A DNA stretch of 64,000 nucleotides from Eledone cirrhosa (Eukaryota). The DNA lies in assembly GCA_964016885.1 (NCBI GenBank), contig OZ024743.1:208134001-208198000 (forward strand), written 5' to 3'. The translations under genes were made by a program, and so were the position numbers. Under the pieces are notes generated by a model. It was given only the letters and a program-made list of their open reading frames with translations, was not told where the DNA came from and made no database searches. This document shows, in pieces, positions 18,536 through 34,100 of this stretch (the first letter of the stretch is position 1; every line of letters begins with the position of its first letter).

Positions 18536-19229
18536 TGAATCTTTTCATATATATATATATACACAGACACATATAAGTAATGGCATAAAGAAATTGTATG
18601 AAACGGGGAGGAGAGAAGTGAGAATGTATGTTTATACCATGAGATAGTGGAAGGAGTAAATGAGGCATAGTAGGAGAAAGACAGAAGAGAGACAAGAGTG
18701 TGAGGTGGGGGAGAGAACAACAAAAGAAAGATGTCACAAATAAAAATAAGATATAATGATTTGAGACAATAAAAAGAAAATTGCTTTTTTTCCTTGAATG
18801 TTCATTTCTTCATGTGATAGAGTTTCATGAATATATTTGACTCCTTCTCCACAGATATACATTCAACATGGGGTTGATATTTAAATAATTGGGTTTCCAA
18901 TAATCATCCATCTCAGCACCAACTGATCTTAGCAAAAATCTAATGCTTGTTCCACCCACCCCCACCATTAGGGGTGAAGAGCATGCAGGTGGGAGTGATC
19001 TAATGAAGAGCAGCAATACCCAAATCTGTTTTTAAGGTCTCCCAACTGGAGAATACAGTTAATTATGTCAAGTTAGTACTTCTAGGGTTCAATGTGAAGT
19101 GTCTCAGGTAAGTAGTGGTACTGGTTGGGGGTAGGGGGTAGGGTTGAGGAGGAACTATTGTTCTAGTTAAAAACAGATAATCATGAAACTATTTGAATGT
19201 ACATTAGTAGGTGTTGAAAATCATGAAAC

Positions 19230-19720
19230 TTCTCTTCTTCGCTGCCCACTTATTCCTGAGAGGGTCATGAGGGCAGAGTCCTCAAACACTCCTTACAGCG
19301 GGTCTTGTCAGAACTAACTGTCTCCAACTGATCTGGCTAGGTTCCCAAGCATGACCAGCTAAGCTCATGGACGTTATCCAACTCCTGGGTCTCCTGCCAG
19401 TTAGTTTTGCCTGTCAAATCTGTTCAATGATTCTTTCTTGTGACATTCCAACAACATGCCCATAGTATTAGAGCTGTGATCTCTCAATTTAGAGAAGTAG
19501 TGGCTCTACCTGGAGTGACTCTCTGATCTCCAAGCTACATGCTCTATCAAGTAATGTTACTCCAAAGACACTTCAGAGGAACCCAATTTCGGCTACTTGT
19601 ATTCACAATTGTATTCTTTTGATCATTACCCAAGATTCATGACCATAGATAAGGGTTGGCACGAATACCAAATTGAAGATAGTGAATTTGGCTTTTACAC
19701 CTACCTCCCTTCTTCTGATT
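19230..19720 (-). pseudogene. degraded RTE-clade LINE 3' fragment, Rex3/Expander-like
   Basis: Minus strand reads KAKFTIFNLVFVPTLIYGHESWVMIKR...AEIGFL...EIRESLQVEPLLL*IERSQL*YYGHV, a different lineage from the other RTE copies. Confidence 0.75.
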
Positions 19721-19932
19721 ACTATTGACTGAAATTTATAAAATCATACCTACTTTGATTTTAATCTAAAAGCTTCAATTTATTTTCAATATATTTAATA
19801 TTTTAATATATTATTTCTCTCTATGGCCTTTAATTATTAAGTATTTTGATAAAATGTACAACAATTTATACATAGTGAGAGATAGAGAGAGTGAGAGAGA
19901 TGGAGGTAGTGACAATGGGAATTTGATTCCAT

Positions 19933-20072
19933 GCAGTATCGGTAGAGGGCCGGACGCCATGCTTTCCAGCATAGTTATGTCCCTTTACGATCTGAGTTCA
20001 AATCCCGCCGAGGTTGACTTTGCCTTTCATCCTTACGGGGGTCGATAAAATAAAGTACCAGTAATGCACTGG
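19933..20072 (+). mobile_element. tRNA-derived SINE (family of 2286-2470)
   Basis: Near-identical to 2296-2433. Confidence 0.85.
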
Positions 20073-20554
20073 TATATAATGCACCTCTATATATATGTAT
20101 AAATATATGTATATATTGATATGACACTAGTTGAGTCAATGTTTAAAATATATCACTCCCCATTATTACTTATCTTTCTATATTTACACATATATTGATA
20201 TTAGTAACTACTACTTTGTTAGTAATGGATATATTCCACTAAAGGCTTCATCATCATTGTACATTTCTTATTAAAAAAAAAAAACTATTTCTTTTCTAAA
20301 GCTGCAGCTTTTACATCTTAAGTGATTGCTTCACAAAAGGTAACCAAACAGAATGAAGATGATGTGATAGTTTATAGAGAATCAATCAATTTTAAGTCGG
20401 CAATATAACTAAACAAATTTCAAAAACATTATTTTTACAAAATCAATAAAAATATTTTAAAGCTTTTAAAGATTGTTTTATGTTTTTAAGTGATGAGGTA
20501 CTTATCCCAGTTTTTTTTTTAATCTGGTTAGGTACTTGTATTAGACTAATATTT

Positions 20555-20657
20555 TTTTTATTGATCTTGAATGGCAGAATTTGAACTCAGAGAGCTGGAA
20601 TGAATGCCCCAAAGCATTTTATCCAACATTCTAGCAACTCTGACAATTCATCACCTT
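20555..20657 (-). mobile_element. degenerate SINE head
   Basis: GGCAGAATTTGAACTCAGAG...AAAGCATTTTATCC...CTAGCAACTCTG, the reverse complement of the 1581-1660-type head. Confidence 0.55.
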
Positions 20658-20839
20658 AAATTAGCTGAAAGCTGATTGTATTTGCTTTTATAATTGCTCT
20701 CAACAAGTTCTTGCTAGAAATCATCTTAATCATGAGATTTCATTTTTTTTTTAAATCCCAAAACTAGAACCTGAAGAAACTGGTGATAGTTTGCATCAGC
20801 AAAAATTTATATAAAGTTTCATCATCATTATTATTTTAT

Positions 20840-21028
20840 GTGGATTGGCAGTATTGGTAGAGGGTCGGACGCCATGCTTTGCAGCAAAGAGTTACGTCCC
20901 TTTGTGGTCTGAGTTCAAATCCTACTATGGTTAACTTTGCCTTTCATACTTACGGGGTCGATAAAATAAAGTACCAGTAATGCGCTGGAATAATTGCTGG
21001 CCTTGTGCCAAAAGTAGAAACAATTATT
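20840..21028 (+). mobile_element. tRNA-derived SINE (family of 2286-2470)
   Basis: Full-length match including the GGCCTTGTGC.AAAAGTAGAAACAATT end. Confidence 0.85.
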
Positions 21029-21368
21029 GTTTTAACATTCACTTTCCCTGCTAGCAAGGGTTAGACCGGTCTACATAGATCAAATCAGTACTGAAGCAGG
21101 CTATTGATCTGCGTCTCAGTTATATATGGTCTCACCTACTACCAAGTGCACAGGAGAGGTTGACATAAATGAGGTGTTCCCCCCAAACCCTTTGTTTGGT
21201 AAGCTTTCTCCAATTGGATACCCTCCCTATCACTAACCACTTTACAGCACATACTGGGCATTTATTGTGAAGGTCACCAACACTAGCAAGGCTGTCATGT
21301 CAAAGACATGATTGGGGGCTCCTGTTTGAATAAAACACTAATTGCTTTAGTAACCCCACTGAGTATAT

Positions 21369-21577
21369 TTAACTCTTAATGTCCTGTAATAATTTAGCAT
21401 GTCTAAAAACAAGTTTATTAATTCAAATGCTTATACAGTGGACAGAATGTTGTGAAAATTTGCAGTACTTGACTAAAGATTTTACTAGTTAATGTAATGC
21501 AGTTATAATACTGTTTTATATTTTTCAAGAAAGTTATGCTAATGTGGTTTCCTGTAGTAGAGGACAGTAAGAGTTAA
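21369..21577. mobile_element. TTAA-flanked MITE (family of 3183-3520, opposite orientation)
   Basis: TTAA-CTCTTAATGTCCTGTA ... TAGAGGACAGTAAGAG-TTAA. Confidence 0.75.
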
Positions 21578-22121
21578 CAGAAAATAAGCACCTGGTTACT
21601 TGTCAATTATTTAATTATCCTTAACAATATTGACCTTCTTTATTATAATAGCGAGCAGGACTTGAAGACAAAAGAACAGCTGGAAAGATATTGCCATTCT
21701 GAGAAAAAAAGTAAATATATTTGTCTCGTGTAATTCAGTCTCATAAAAGATGTATGGTCTGCATTTGAATTGAGAAACCCCCAGCAATTTAAGCAGGCCA
21801 GAAGATAAGTTTGAATGCTGATACAGCAGTGAGGCTTTTGTTTTCTCTTGTCAGATTGAATAAGCCATTCACGCTAAACATGCTTCAGATTGTCCTGACA
21901 AACTACAGCAATAATAGTGAAGCCATGAGGGGAAGGAGACTGAAGGAAATGTTGCTGCGAGTTGATAACAAAAATAAAGTTCCAACTCTAACAATGGAGT
22001 CAATAATATCAACAAGACTGAAAATGGCAGGTGAGAATTTTCTCACGTTCACCAAAACAACAACGAAAACTTTTCTTCTCAACTTCCAGTAGCGGCCACA
22101 TTTAACGAAAACCTAATATAT

Positions 22122-25100
22122 ATATATATGGTCAATAGTATGTCTATATATAGTCAAGATAATGTCTATATACGGTCAAGACAATGTCTATATACAGTCA
22201 TGAAAATGTCTATATACAGTCAAGACAATGTATATATACAGTCATGACAATGTCTATATACAGTCAAGACAATGTCTATATATGGTCAAGACAATGTCTA
22301 TATACAGACAAGACAATGTCTATATATGGTCAAGACAATGTCTATATATGGTCAAGACAATGTCTATATACAGTCAAGACAATGTCTATATATGGTCAAG
22401 ACAATGTCTATATACAGTCAAGACAATGTCTATATATGGTCAAGACAATGTCTATATACAGTCAAGACAATGTCTATATACAGTCAAGACAATGTCTATA
22501 TATGGTCAACACAATATCTATATACCGTCAAGACAATGTCTATATATGGTCAAGACAATGTCTATATACAGTCAAGACAATCTCTATAGACAGTCAAGAC
22601 AATGTATATATACAGTCATGACAATGTCTATATACAGTCAAGACAATGTCTGTATATGATCAAGACAATGTCTATATACAGTCAAGACAATGTCTATATA
22701 TGGTCAAGACAATGTCTATATATGGTCAAGACAATGTCTATATACAGTCAAGACAATGTCTATATACAGTCAAGACAATGCCTATATGCGGTCAAGACTA
22801 TGTCTATATATGGTAAAGACAATGTCTATATATGGTCAAGACAATGTCTATATACAGTCAAGACAATATCTATATACAGTCAAGACAATGCCTATATGCG
22901 GTCAAGACTATGTCTATATACAGTCAAGACAATGTCTATATATGGTCAAGACAATGTCTATATATGGTCAAGACAATGTCTATATACAGTCAAGACAATG
23001 TCTATATACAGTCAAGACAATGTCTATATATGGTCAACACAATGTCTATATACCGTCAAGACAATGTCTATATATGGTCAAGACAATGTCTATATACAGT
23101 CAAGACAATCTCTATAGACAGTCAAGATAATGTCTATATACAGTCAAGACAATGTCTATATATGGTCAAGACAATGTCTATATGTGGTCAGGACAATGTC
23201 TATATACAGTCAAGACAATATCTATATACAGTCAAGACAATGTCTATATACGGTCAAGACAATGTCTATATATGGTCAAGAAAAGGTCTATATACAGTCA
23301 ACACAATGTCTATATATGGTCAAGGCAATGTCTATATACAGTCAAGACAATGTCTATATACAGTAGAGACAATGTCTATATACGGTCAAGACAATGTCTA
23401 TATATGGTCAAGACAATGTCTATATACAGTCAAGACAATGTCTATATACAGTCAAGAAAATGTCTATATACAGTCAAGACAATGTTTATATATGGTCAAG
23501 ACAATGTCTATATACAGTAAAGACAATGTCAATATACAGTCAGGACAATGTCTATATACAGTCACCACAATGTCTATATACAGTCAAGGCAATGTCTATA
23601 TACGGTCAAAACAATGTCTATATACGGTCAAGACAATGTCTATATACGGTCAAGACAATGTCTATATACAGTCAAGACAATGTCTATATATGGTCAAAAC
23701 AATGTCTATATACGGTCAAGACAATGTCTATATACGGTCAAGAAAATGTCTATATACAGTCAAGACAATGTCTATATACAGTCAAGACAATGTCTATATA
23801 TGGTCAAGACAATGTCTATATACAGTCAAGACAATTTCTATATATGGTCAAGACAATGTCTATATATGGTCAAGAAAATGTCTATATACAGTCAAGACAA
23901 TGTCTATATACAGTCAAGACAATATCTATATACAGTCAAGACGATGTCTATATACAGTCAAGACAATGTCTATATACAGTCAAGACAATGTCTATATACT
24001 GTCAAGACAATGTCTATATACAGTCAAGACAATGTCTATATAGAGTCAAGACAATGTCTATATACGGTCAAGGCAATGTCTATATACAGGCAAGACAATG
24101 TCTATATACAATCAAGACAATGTTTATATACAGTCAAGACAATGTCTATATACAGTCAAGACAATGTCTATATACAGTCAAGACAATGTCCATATACAGT
24201 CAAGACAATGTCTATATACAGTCAAGACAATGTCTATATACAGTCAAGACAATGTCTATATACAGTCAAGAAAATGTCTATATACAGTCAAGAGAATGTC
24301 TATATATGGTCAAGACAATTTCTATATACAGTCAAGACAATGTCTATATACGGTCAAGATAATGTCTATATACAGTCAAGATAATGTCTATATACAGTCA
24401 AGATAATGTCTATAAACGATCAAGACAATGTCTATATACGGTCAAGACAATGTCTATATACAGTCAAGACAATGTCTATATACAGTCAAGACATTGTCTA
24501 TATACGGTCAAGGCAATGTCTATATACAGTCAAGACAATGTCTATATACAGTCAAGATAATGTCTATATAAGGTCAAGATAATGTCTATATATGGTCAAG
24601 GCAATGTCTATATACAGTCAAGACAATGTCTATATACAGTCAAGACAATGTTTATATACAGTCAAGACAATGTCTATATACAGTAAAAAAAATGTCTATA
24701 TACAGTCAAGACAATGTTTATATATGGTCAAGACAATGTCTATATACAGTCAAGACAATGTCTATATACAGTCAAGACAATGTCTATATACGGTCAAAAC
24801 AATGTCTATATACGGTCAAGACAATGTCTATATACGGTCAAGACAATGTCTATATACAGTCAAGACAATGTCTATATATGGTCAAAACAATGTCTATATA
24901 CGGTCAAGACAATGTCTATATACAGTCAAGACAATGTCTATATATGGCAAGACAATGTCTATATACAGTCAAGACAATGTCTATATATGGTCAAGACAAT
25001 GTCTATATATGGTCAAGACAATGTCTATATACAGTCAAGACAATGTCTATATACAGTCAAGACAATATCTATATACAGTGAAGACAATGTTTATATACAT

Positions 25101-28100
25101 TCAAGACAATGTCTATATACGGTCAAGTCAATGTCTATATATGGTCAAGACAATGTCTATATACAGTCAACACAATGTCTATATATGGTCAAGGCAATGT
25201 CTATATACAGTCAAGACAATGTCTATATACAGTCAAGACAATGTCTATATACGGTCAAGACAATGTCTATGTATGGTCAAGACAATGTCTATATACAGTC
25301 AAGACAATGTCTATATACAGTCAAGACAATGTCTATATACTGTCAAGACAATGTCTATATACAGTCAAGAGAATGTCTATATATGGTCAAGACAATGTCT
25401 ATATATGGTCAAGACAATGTCTATATACAGTCAAGACAATGTCTATATACAGTCAAGACAATATCTATATACAGTCAAGACGATGTCTATATACAGTCAA
25501 GACAATGTCTATATACAGTCAAGACAATGTCTATATACTGTCAAGACAATGTCTATATACAGTCAAGACAATGTCTATATACAGACAAGACAATGTTTAT
25601 ATACAGTCAAGACAATGTCCATATACAGTCAAGACAATGTCTATATACGGTCAAGACAATGTCTATATACAGTCAAGACAATGTCTATATACAGTCAAGA
25701 AAATGTCTATATACAGTCAAGAGAATGTCTATATATGGTCAAGACGATTTCTATATACAGTCAAGACAATGTCTATATACGGTCAAGATAATGTCTATAT
25801 ACAGTCAAGATAATGTCTATATACAGTCAAGATAATGTCTATAAACGGTCAAGACAATGTCTATATACAGTCAAGACAATGTCTATATACAGTCAAGAAA
25901 ATGTCTCTATACAGTCAAGACATTGTCTACATACGGTCAAGGCAATGACTATATACAGTCAAGACAATGTCTATATACAGTCAAGATAATGTCTATATAC
26001 AGTCAAGATAATGTCTATAAACGGTCAAGACAATGTCTATATACAGTCAAGACAATATCTATATACAGTCAAGACAATGTCTATATACGGTCAAGGCAAT
26101 GTCTATATACAGTCAAGACAATGTCTATATACAGTCAAGACAATGTCTATATAAGGTCAAGATAATGTCTATATACGGTCAAGACAATGTCTATATACAG
26201 TCAAGACAATGTCTATATACAGTCAAGAAAATGTCTATATACAGTCAAGAGAATGTCTATATATGGTCAAGACAATGTCTATATACAGTCAAGACAATGT
26301 CTATATACGGTCAAGACAATGTCTATATACGGTGAAGACAATGTCTAAATACAGTTAAGACAATGTCTATATACGGTCAAGGCAATGTCTATATACAGTC
26401 AAGACGATGTCTATATACAGTCAAGACAATGTCTATAGACAGTCAAGACAATGTCTATATAGTCAAGACAATGTCAATATACAGTCAAGACAATGTCTAT
26501 ATACAGACAAGACAATGTCTATATACAGTCAAGACAATGTCTATATACAGTAAAGACAATGTCTATATACAGTCAAGACAATGTCTATATACAGTCAAGG
26601 CAATGTCTATGTACAGTCAAGACAATGTCTATATACAGTCAAGACAATGTCTATATACAGACAAGACAATGTCTATATACAGTAAAGACAATGTCTATAT
26701 AGTCAAGACAATGTCTATATACAGTCAAGACAATGTCTATATACAGGCAAGACAATGTCTATATACAATCAAGACAATGTTTATATACAGTCAAGACAAT
26801 GTCTATATACAGTCAAGACAATGTCTATATACAGTCAAGACAATGTCTATATAAGGTCAAGATAATGTCTATATACGGTCAAGGCAATGTCTATATACAG
26901 TCAAGACAATGTCTATATACAGTCAAGAGAATGTCTATATATGGTCAAGACAATTTCTATATACAGTCAAGACAATGTCTATATACGGTCAAGATAATGT
27001 CTATATACAGTCAAGATAATGTCTATAAACGGTCAAGACAATGTCTATATACGGTCAAGGCAATGTCTATATACAGTCAAGACAATGTCTATATACAGTC
27101 AAGAAAATGTCTATATACAGTCAAGAGAATGTCTATATATGGTCAAGACAATGTCTATATACAGTCAAGACAATGTCTATATACGGTCAAGACAATGTCT
27201 ATATACGGTGAAGACAATGTCTATATACAGTCAAGACAATGTCTATATACGGTTAAGGCAATGTCTATATACAGTCAAGACAATGTCTATATACAGTCAA
27301 GACAATGTCTATAGACAGTCAAGACAATGTCTATATAGTCAAGACAATGTCAATATACAATCAAGACAATGTCTATATACAGACAAGACAATGTCTATAT
27401 ACAGTCAAGACAATGTCTATATACAGTAAAGACAATGTCTATATACAGTCAAGACAATGTCTATATACGGTCAAGGCAATGTCTATATACAGTCAAGACA
27501 ATGTCTATATACAGTCAAGACAATGTCTATATACAGACAAGACAATGTCTATATACAGTCAAGACAATGTCTATATAGTCAAGACAATGTCTATATACAG
27601 TCAAGACAATGTCTATATACAATCAAGACAATGTTTATATACAGTCAAGACAATGTCTATATACAGTCAAGACAATGTCTATATAAGGTCAAGATAATGT
27701 CTATATACGGTCAAGACAATGTCAATATACAGTCAAGACAATGTCTATATACAGTCAAGAGAATGTCTATATATGGTCAAGACAATGTCTATATACAGTC
27801 AAGACAATGTCTATATACAGTCAAGACAATATCTATATACAGTCAAGACAATGTCTATATACAGTCAAGACAATGTCTATATACAGTCAACACAATGTCT
27901 ATATACGGTCAAGGCAATGTCTATATACAGTCAAGACAATGTATATATACAGTCAAGACCATGTCTATATACGGTCAAGACAATGTCTATATATGGTCAA
28001 GACAATGTCTATATACAGTCAAGACAATGTCTATATACAGTCAAGACAATGTCTATATACTGTCAAGACAATGTCTATATACAGTCAAGACAATATCTAT

Positions 28101-31100
28101 ATACAGTCAAGACAATGTCTATATACGGTCAAGGCAATGTCTATATACAGACAAGACAATGTCTATATACAATCAAGACAATGTTTATATACAGTCAAGA
28201 CAATGTCTATATACAGTCAAGACAATGTTTATATACAGTCAAGACAATGTCCAAATACAGTCAAGACAATGTCTATATACGGTCAAGGCAATGTCTATAT
28301 ACAGTCAAGACAATGTCTATATACAGTCAAGAAAATGTCTATATACAGTCAAGAGAATGTCTATATATGGTCAAGACGATTTCTATATACAGTCAAGACA
28401 ATGTCTATATACGGTCAAGATAATGTCTATATACAGTCAAGATAATGTCTATATACAGTCAAGATAATGTCTATAAACGGTCAAGACAATGTCTATATAC
28501 GGTCAAGACAATGTCTATATACAGTCAAGAAAATGTCTCTATACAGTCAAGACATTGTCTACATACAGTCAAGGCAATGTCTATATACAGTCAAGACAAT
28601 GTCTATATACAGTAAAGATAATGTCTATATACAGTCAAGATAATGTCTATAAACGGTCAAGACAATGTCTATATACAGTCAAGACAATGTCTATATACAG
28701 TCAAGACATTGTCTATATACGGTCAAGGCAATGTCTATATACAGTCAAGACAATGTCTATATACAGTCAAGACAATGTCTATATAAGGTCAAGATAATGT
28801 CTATATAAGGTCAAGATAATGTCTATATACGGTCAAGACAATGTCTATATACAGTCAAGACAATGTCTATATACAGTCAAGAAAATGTCTATATACAGTC
28901 AAGAGAATGTCTATATATGGTCAAGACAATGTCTATATACAGTCAAGACAATGTCTATATACGGTCAAGACAATGTCTATATACGGTGAAGACAATGTCT
29001 ATATACAGTCAAGACAATGTCTATATACGGTGAAGGCAATGTCTATATACAGTCAAGACAATGTCTATATACAGTCAAGACAATATCTATATACAGTCAA
29101 GACAATGTCTATATACGGTCAAGGCAATGTCTATATACAGTCAAGACAATGTCTATATACAGTCAAGACAATGTCTATATAAGGTCAAGATAATGTCTAT
29201 ATACGGTCAAGACAATGTCTATATACAGTCAAGACAATGTCTATATACAGTCAAGAAAATGTCTATATACAGTCAAGAGAATGTCTATATATGGTCAAGA
29301 CAATGTCTATATACAGTCAAGACAATGTCTATATACGGTCAAGACAATGTCTATATACGGTGAAGACAATGTCTAAATACAGTTAAGACAATGTCTATAT
29401 ACGGTCAAGGCAATGTCTATATACAGTCAAGACGATGTCTATATACAGTCAAGACAATGTCTATAGACAGTCAAGACAATGTCTATATAGTCAAGACAAT
29501 GTCAATATACAGTCAAGACAATGTCTATATACAGACAAGACAATGTCTATATACAGTCAAGACAATGTCTATATACAGTAAAGACAATGTCTATATACAG
29601 TCAAGACAATGTCAATATACAGTCAAGGCAATGTCTATGTACAGTCAAGACAATGTCTATATACAGTCAAGACAATGTCTATATACAGACAAGACAATGT
29701 CTATATACAGTAAAGACAATGTCTATATAGTCAAGACAATGTCTATATACAGTCAAGACAATGTCTATATACAGGCAAGACAATGACTATATACAATCAA
29801 GACAATGTTTATATACAGTCAAGACAATGTCTATATACAGTCAAGAGAATGTCAATATATGGTCAAGACAATTTCTATATACAGTCAAGTCAATGTCTAT
29901 ATACGGTCAAGATAATGTCTATATACAGTCAAGATAATGTCTATAAACGGTCAAGACAATGTCTATATACGGTCAAGGCAATGTCTATATACAGTCAAGA
30001 CAATGTCTATATACAGTCAAGAAAATGTCTATATACAGTCAAGAGAATGTCTATATATGGTCAAGACAATGTCTATAGACATTCAAGACAATGTCTATAT
30101 AGTCAAGACAATGTCAATATACAATCAAGACAATGTCTATATACAGACAAGACAATGTCTATATACAGTCAAGACAATGTCTATATACAGTCAAGACAAT
30201 GTCTATATACAGTAAAGACAATGTCTATATACAGTCAAGACAATGTCTATATACGGTCAAGGCAATGTCTATATACAGTCAAGACAATGTCTATATACAG
30301 TCAAGACAATGTCTATATACAGACAAGACAATGTCTATATACAGTCAAGACAATGTCTATATAGTCAAGACAATGTCTATATACAGTCAAGACAATGTCT
30401 ATATACAATCAAGACAATGTTTATATACAGTCAAGACAATGTCTATATACAGTCAAGACAAAGTCTATATAAGTTCAAGATAATGTCTATATACGGTCAA
30501 GACAATGTCAATATACAGTCAAGACAATGTCAATATACAGTCAAGACAATGTCTATATACAGTCAAGAGAATGTCTATATATGGTCAAGACAATGTCTAT
30601 ATACAGTCAAGACGATGTCTATATACAGTCAAGACAATATCTATATACAGTCAAGACAATGTCTATATACAGTCAAGACAATGTCTATATATGGTCAAGA
30701 CAATGTCTATATACAGTCAACACAATGTCTATATACGGTCAAGGCAATGTCTATATACAGTAAAGACAATGTATATATACAGTCAAGACCATGTCTATAT
30801 ACGGTCAAGACAATGTCTATATATGGTCAAGACAATGTCTATATACAGTCAAGACAATGTCTATATACAGTCAAGACAATGTCTATATACTGTCAAGACA
30901 ATGTCTATATACAGTCAAGACAATATCTATATACAGTCAAGACAATGTCTATATACGGTCAAGGCAATGTCTATATACAGACAAGACAATGTCTATATAC
31001 AATCAAGACAATGTTTATATACAGTCAAGACAATGTCTATATACAGTCAAGACAATGTTTATATACAGTCAAGACAATGTCCATATACAGTCAAGACAAT

Positions 31101-34100
31101 GTCTATATACGGTCAAGGCAATGTCTATATACAGTCAAGACAATGTCTATATACAGTCAAGAAAATGTCTATATACAGTCAAGAGAATGTCTATATATGG
31201 TCAAGACGATTTCTATATACAGTCAAGACAATGTCTATATACGGTCAAGATAATGTCTATATACAGTCAAGATAATGTCTATATACAGTCAAGATAATGT
31301 CTATAAACGGTCAAGACAATGTCTATATACGGTCAAGACAATGTCTATATACAGTCAAGAAAATGTCTCTATACAGTCAAGACATTGTCTACATACGGTC
31401 AAGGCAATGTCTATATACAGTCAAGACAATGTCTATATACAGTAAAGATAATGTCTATATACAGTCAAGATAATGTCTATAAACGGTCAAGACAATGTCT
31501 ATATACAGTCAAGACAATGTCTACATACAGTCAAGACATTGTCTATATACGGTCAAGGCAATGTCTATATACAGTCAAGACAATGTCTATATACAGTCAA
31601 GACAATGTCTATATAAGGTCAAGAGAATGTCTATATAAGGTCAAGATAATGTCTATATACGGTCAAGACAATGTCTATATACAGTCAAGACAATGTCTAT
31701 ATCCAGTCAAGAAAATGTCTATATACAGTCAAGAGAATGTCTATATATGGTCAAGACAATGTCTATATACAGTCAAGACAATGTCTATATACGGTCAAGA
31801 CAATGTCTATATACGGTGAAGACAATGTCTATATACAGTCAAGGCAATGTCTATATACGGTGAAGGCAATGTCTATATACAGTCAAGACAATGTCTATAT
31901 ACAGTCAAGACAATGTCTATAGACAGTCAAGACAATGTCTATATAGTCAAGACAATGTCAATATACAGTCAAGACAATGTCTATATACAGACAAGACAAT
32001 GTCTATATACAGTCAAGACAATGTCTATATGCAGTAAAGACAATGTCTATATACAGTCAAGACAATGTCTATATACGGTCAAGGCAATGTCTATATACAG
32101 TCAAGACAATGTCTATATACAGACAAGATATTGTCTATATAAGGTCAAGATAATGTCTATATACGGTCAAGACAATGTCTATATACAGTCAAGACAATGT
32201 CTATATACAGTCAAGAAAATGTCTATATACAGTCAAGAGAATGTCTATATATGGTCAAGACAATGTCTATATACAGTCAAGACAATGTCTATATACAGTC
32301 AAGATAATGTCTATATAAGGTCAAGATAATGTCTATATACGGTCAAGACAATGTCTATATACAGTCAAGACAATGTCTATATACAGTCAAGACAATGTCT
32401 ATATACAGTCAAGACAATGTCTATAGACAGTCAAGACAATGTCTATATAGTCAAGACAATGTCTATATACAGTCAAGACAATGTCTATATACAGTCAAGA
32501 CAATGTCTATATACAGACAAGACAATATCTATATACAATCAAGACAATGTTTATATACAGTCAAGACAATGTCTATATACAGTCAAAACAATGTCTATAT
32601 AAAGTCAAGACAATGTCCATATACAGTTAAGACAATGTCTATATACGGTCAAGACAATGTCTATATACAGTCAAGACAATGTCTATATACAGTGAAGAAA
32701 ATGTCTATATACAGTCAAGAGAATGTCTATATATGGTCAAGACAATTTCTATATACAGTCAAGACAATGTCTATATACGGTGAAGATAATGTCTATATAC
32801 AGTCAAGATAATATCTATATACAGTCAAGATAATGTCTATAAACGGTCAAGACAATGTCTATATACGGTCAAGACAATGTCTATATACAGTCAAGACAAT
32901 GTCTATATACAGTCAAGACATTGTCTATATACTGTCAAAGCAATGTCTATATACAGTCAAGACAATGTCTATATACAGTCAAGACAATGTCTATATACAG
33001 TTAAGATAATGTCTATATAAGGTCAAGATAATGTCTATATACGGTCAAGACAATGTCTATATACAGTCAAGACAATGTCTATATACAGTCAAGAAAATGT
33101 CTATATACAGTCTAGGGAATGTCTATATATGGTCAAGACAATGTCTATATACAGTGAAGACAATGTCTATATACGGTCAAGACAATGTCTATATACGGAC
33201 AAGACAATGTCTATATACAGTCAAGACAATGTCTATATACGGTTAAGGCAATGTCTATATACAGTCAAGACAATGTCTATATACAGTCAAGACAATGTCT
33301 ATAGACAGTCAAGACAATGTCTATATAGTCAAGACAATGTCAATATACAATCAAGACAATGTCTATATACAGACAAGACAATGTCTATATACAGTCAAGA
33401 CAATGTCTATATACAGTAAAGACAATGTCTATATACAGTCAAGACAATGTCTATATACGGTCAAGGCAATGTCTATATACAGTCAAGACAATGTCTATAT
33501 ACAGTCAAGACAATGTCTATATACAGACAAGACAATGTCTATATACAGTCAAGACAATGTCTATATAGTCAAGACAATGTCTATATACAGTCAAGACAAT
33601 GTCTATATACAATCAAGACAATGTTTATATACAGTCAAGACAATGTCTATATACAGTCAAGACAATGTCTATATAAGGTCAAGATAATGTCTATATACGG
33701 TCAAGACAATGTCAATATACAGTCAAGACAATGTCTATATACAGTCAAGAGAATGTCTATATATGGTCAAGACAATTTCTATATACAGTCAAGACAATGT
33801 CTATATACAGTCAAGACAATGTCTATATACAGTCAAGACAATATCTATATACAGTCAAGACAATGTCTATATACAGTCAAGACAATGTCTATATACGGTC
33901 AAGTCAATGTCTATATATGGTCAAGACAATGTCTATATACAGTCAACACAATGTCTATATACGGTCAAGGCAATGTCTATATACAGTCAAGACAATGTAT
34001 ATATACAGTCAAGACCATGTCTATATACGGTCAAGACAATGTCTATATATGGTCAAGACAATGTCTATATACAGTCAAGACAATGTCTATATACAGTCAA

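Noticed and set aside
21600-22113. Possible DNA-transposon end or ORF 21811..22092 next to the satellite
   Set aside because: No recognisable protein motif, and no partner TIR or TSD found in the window.
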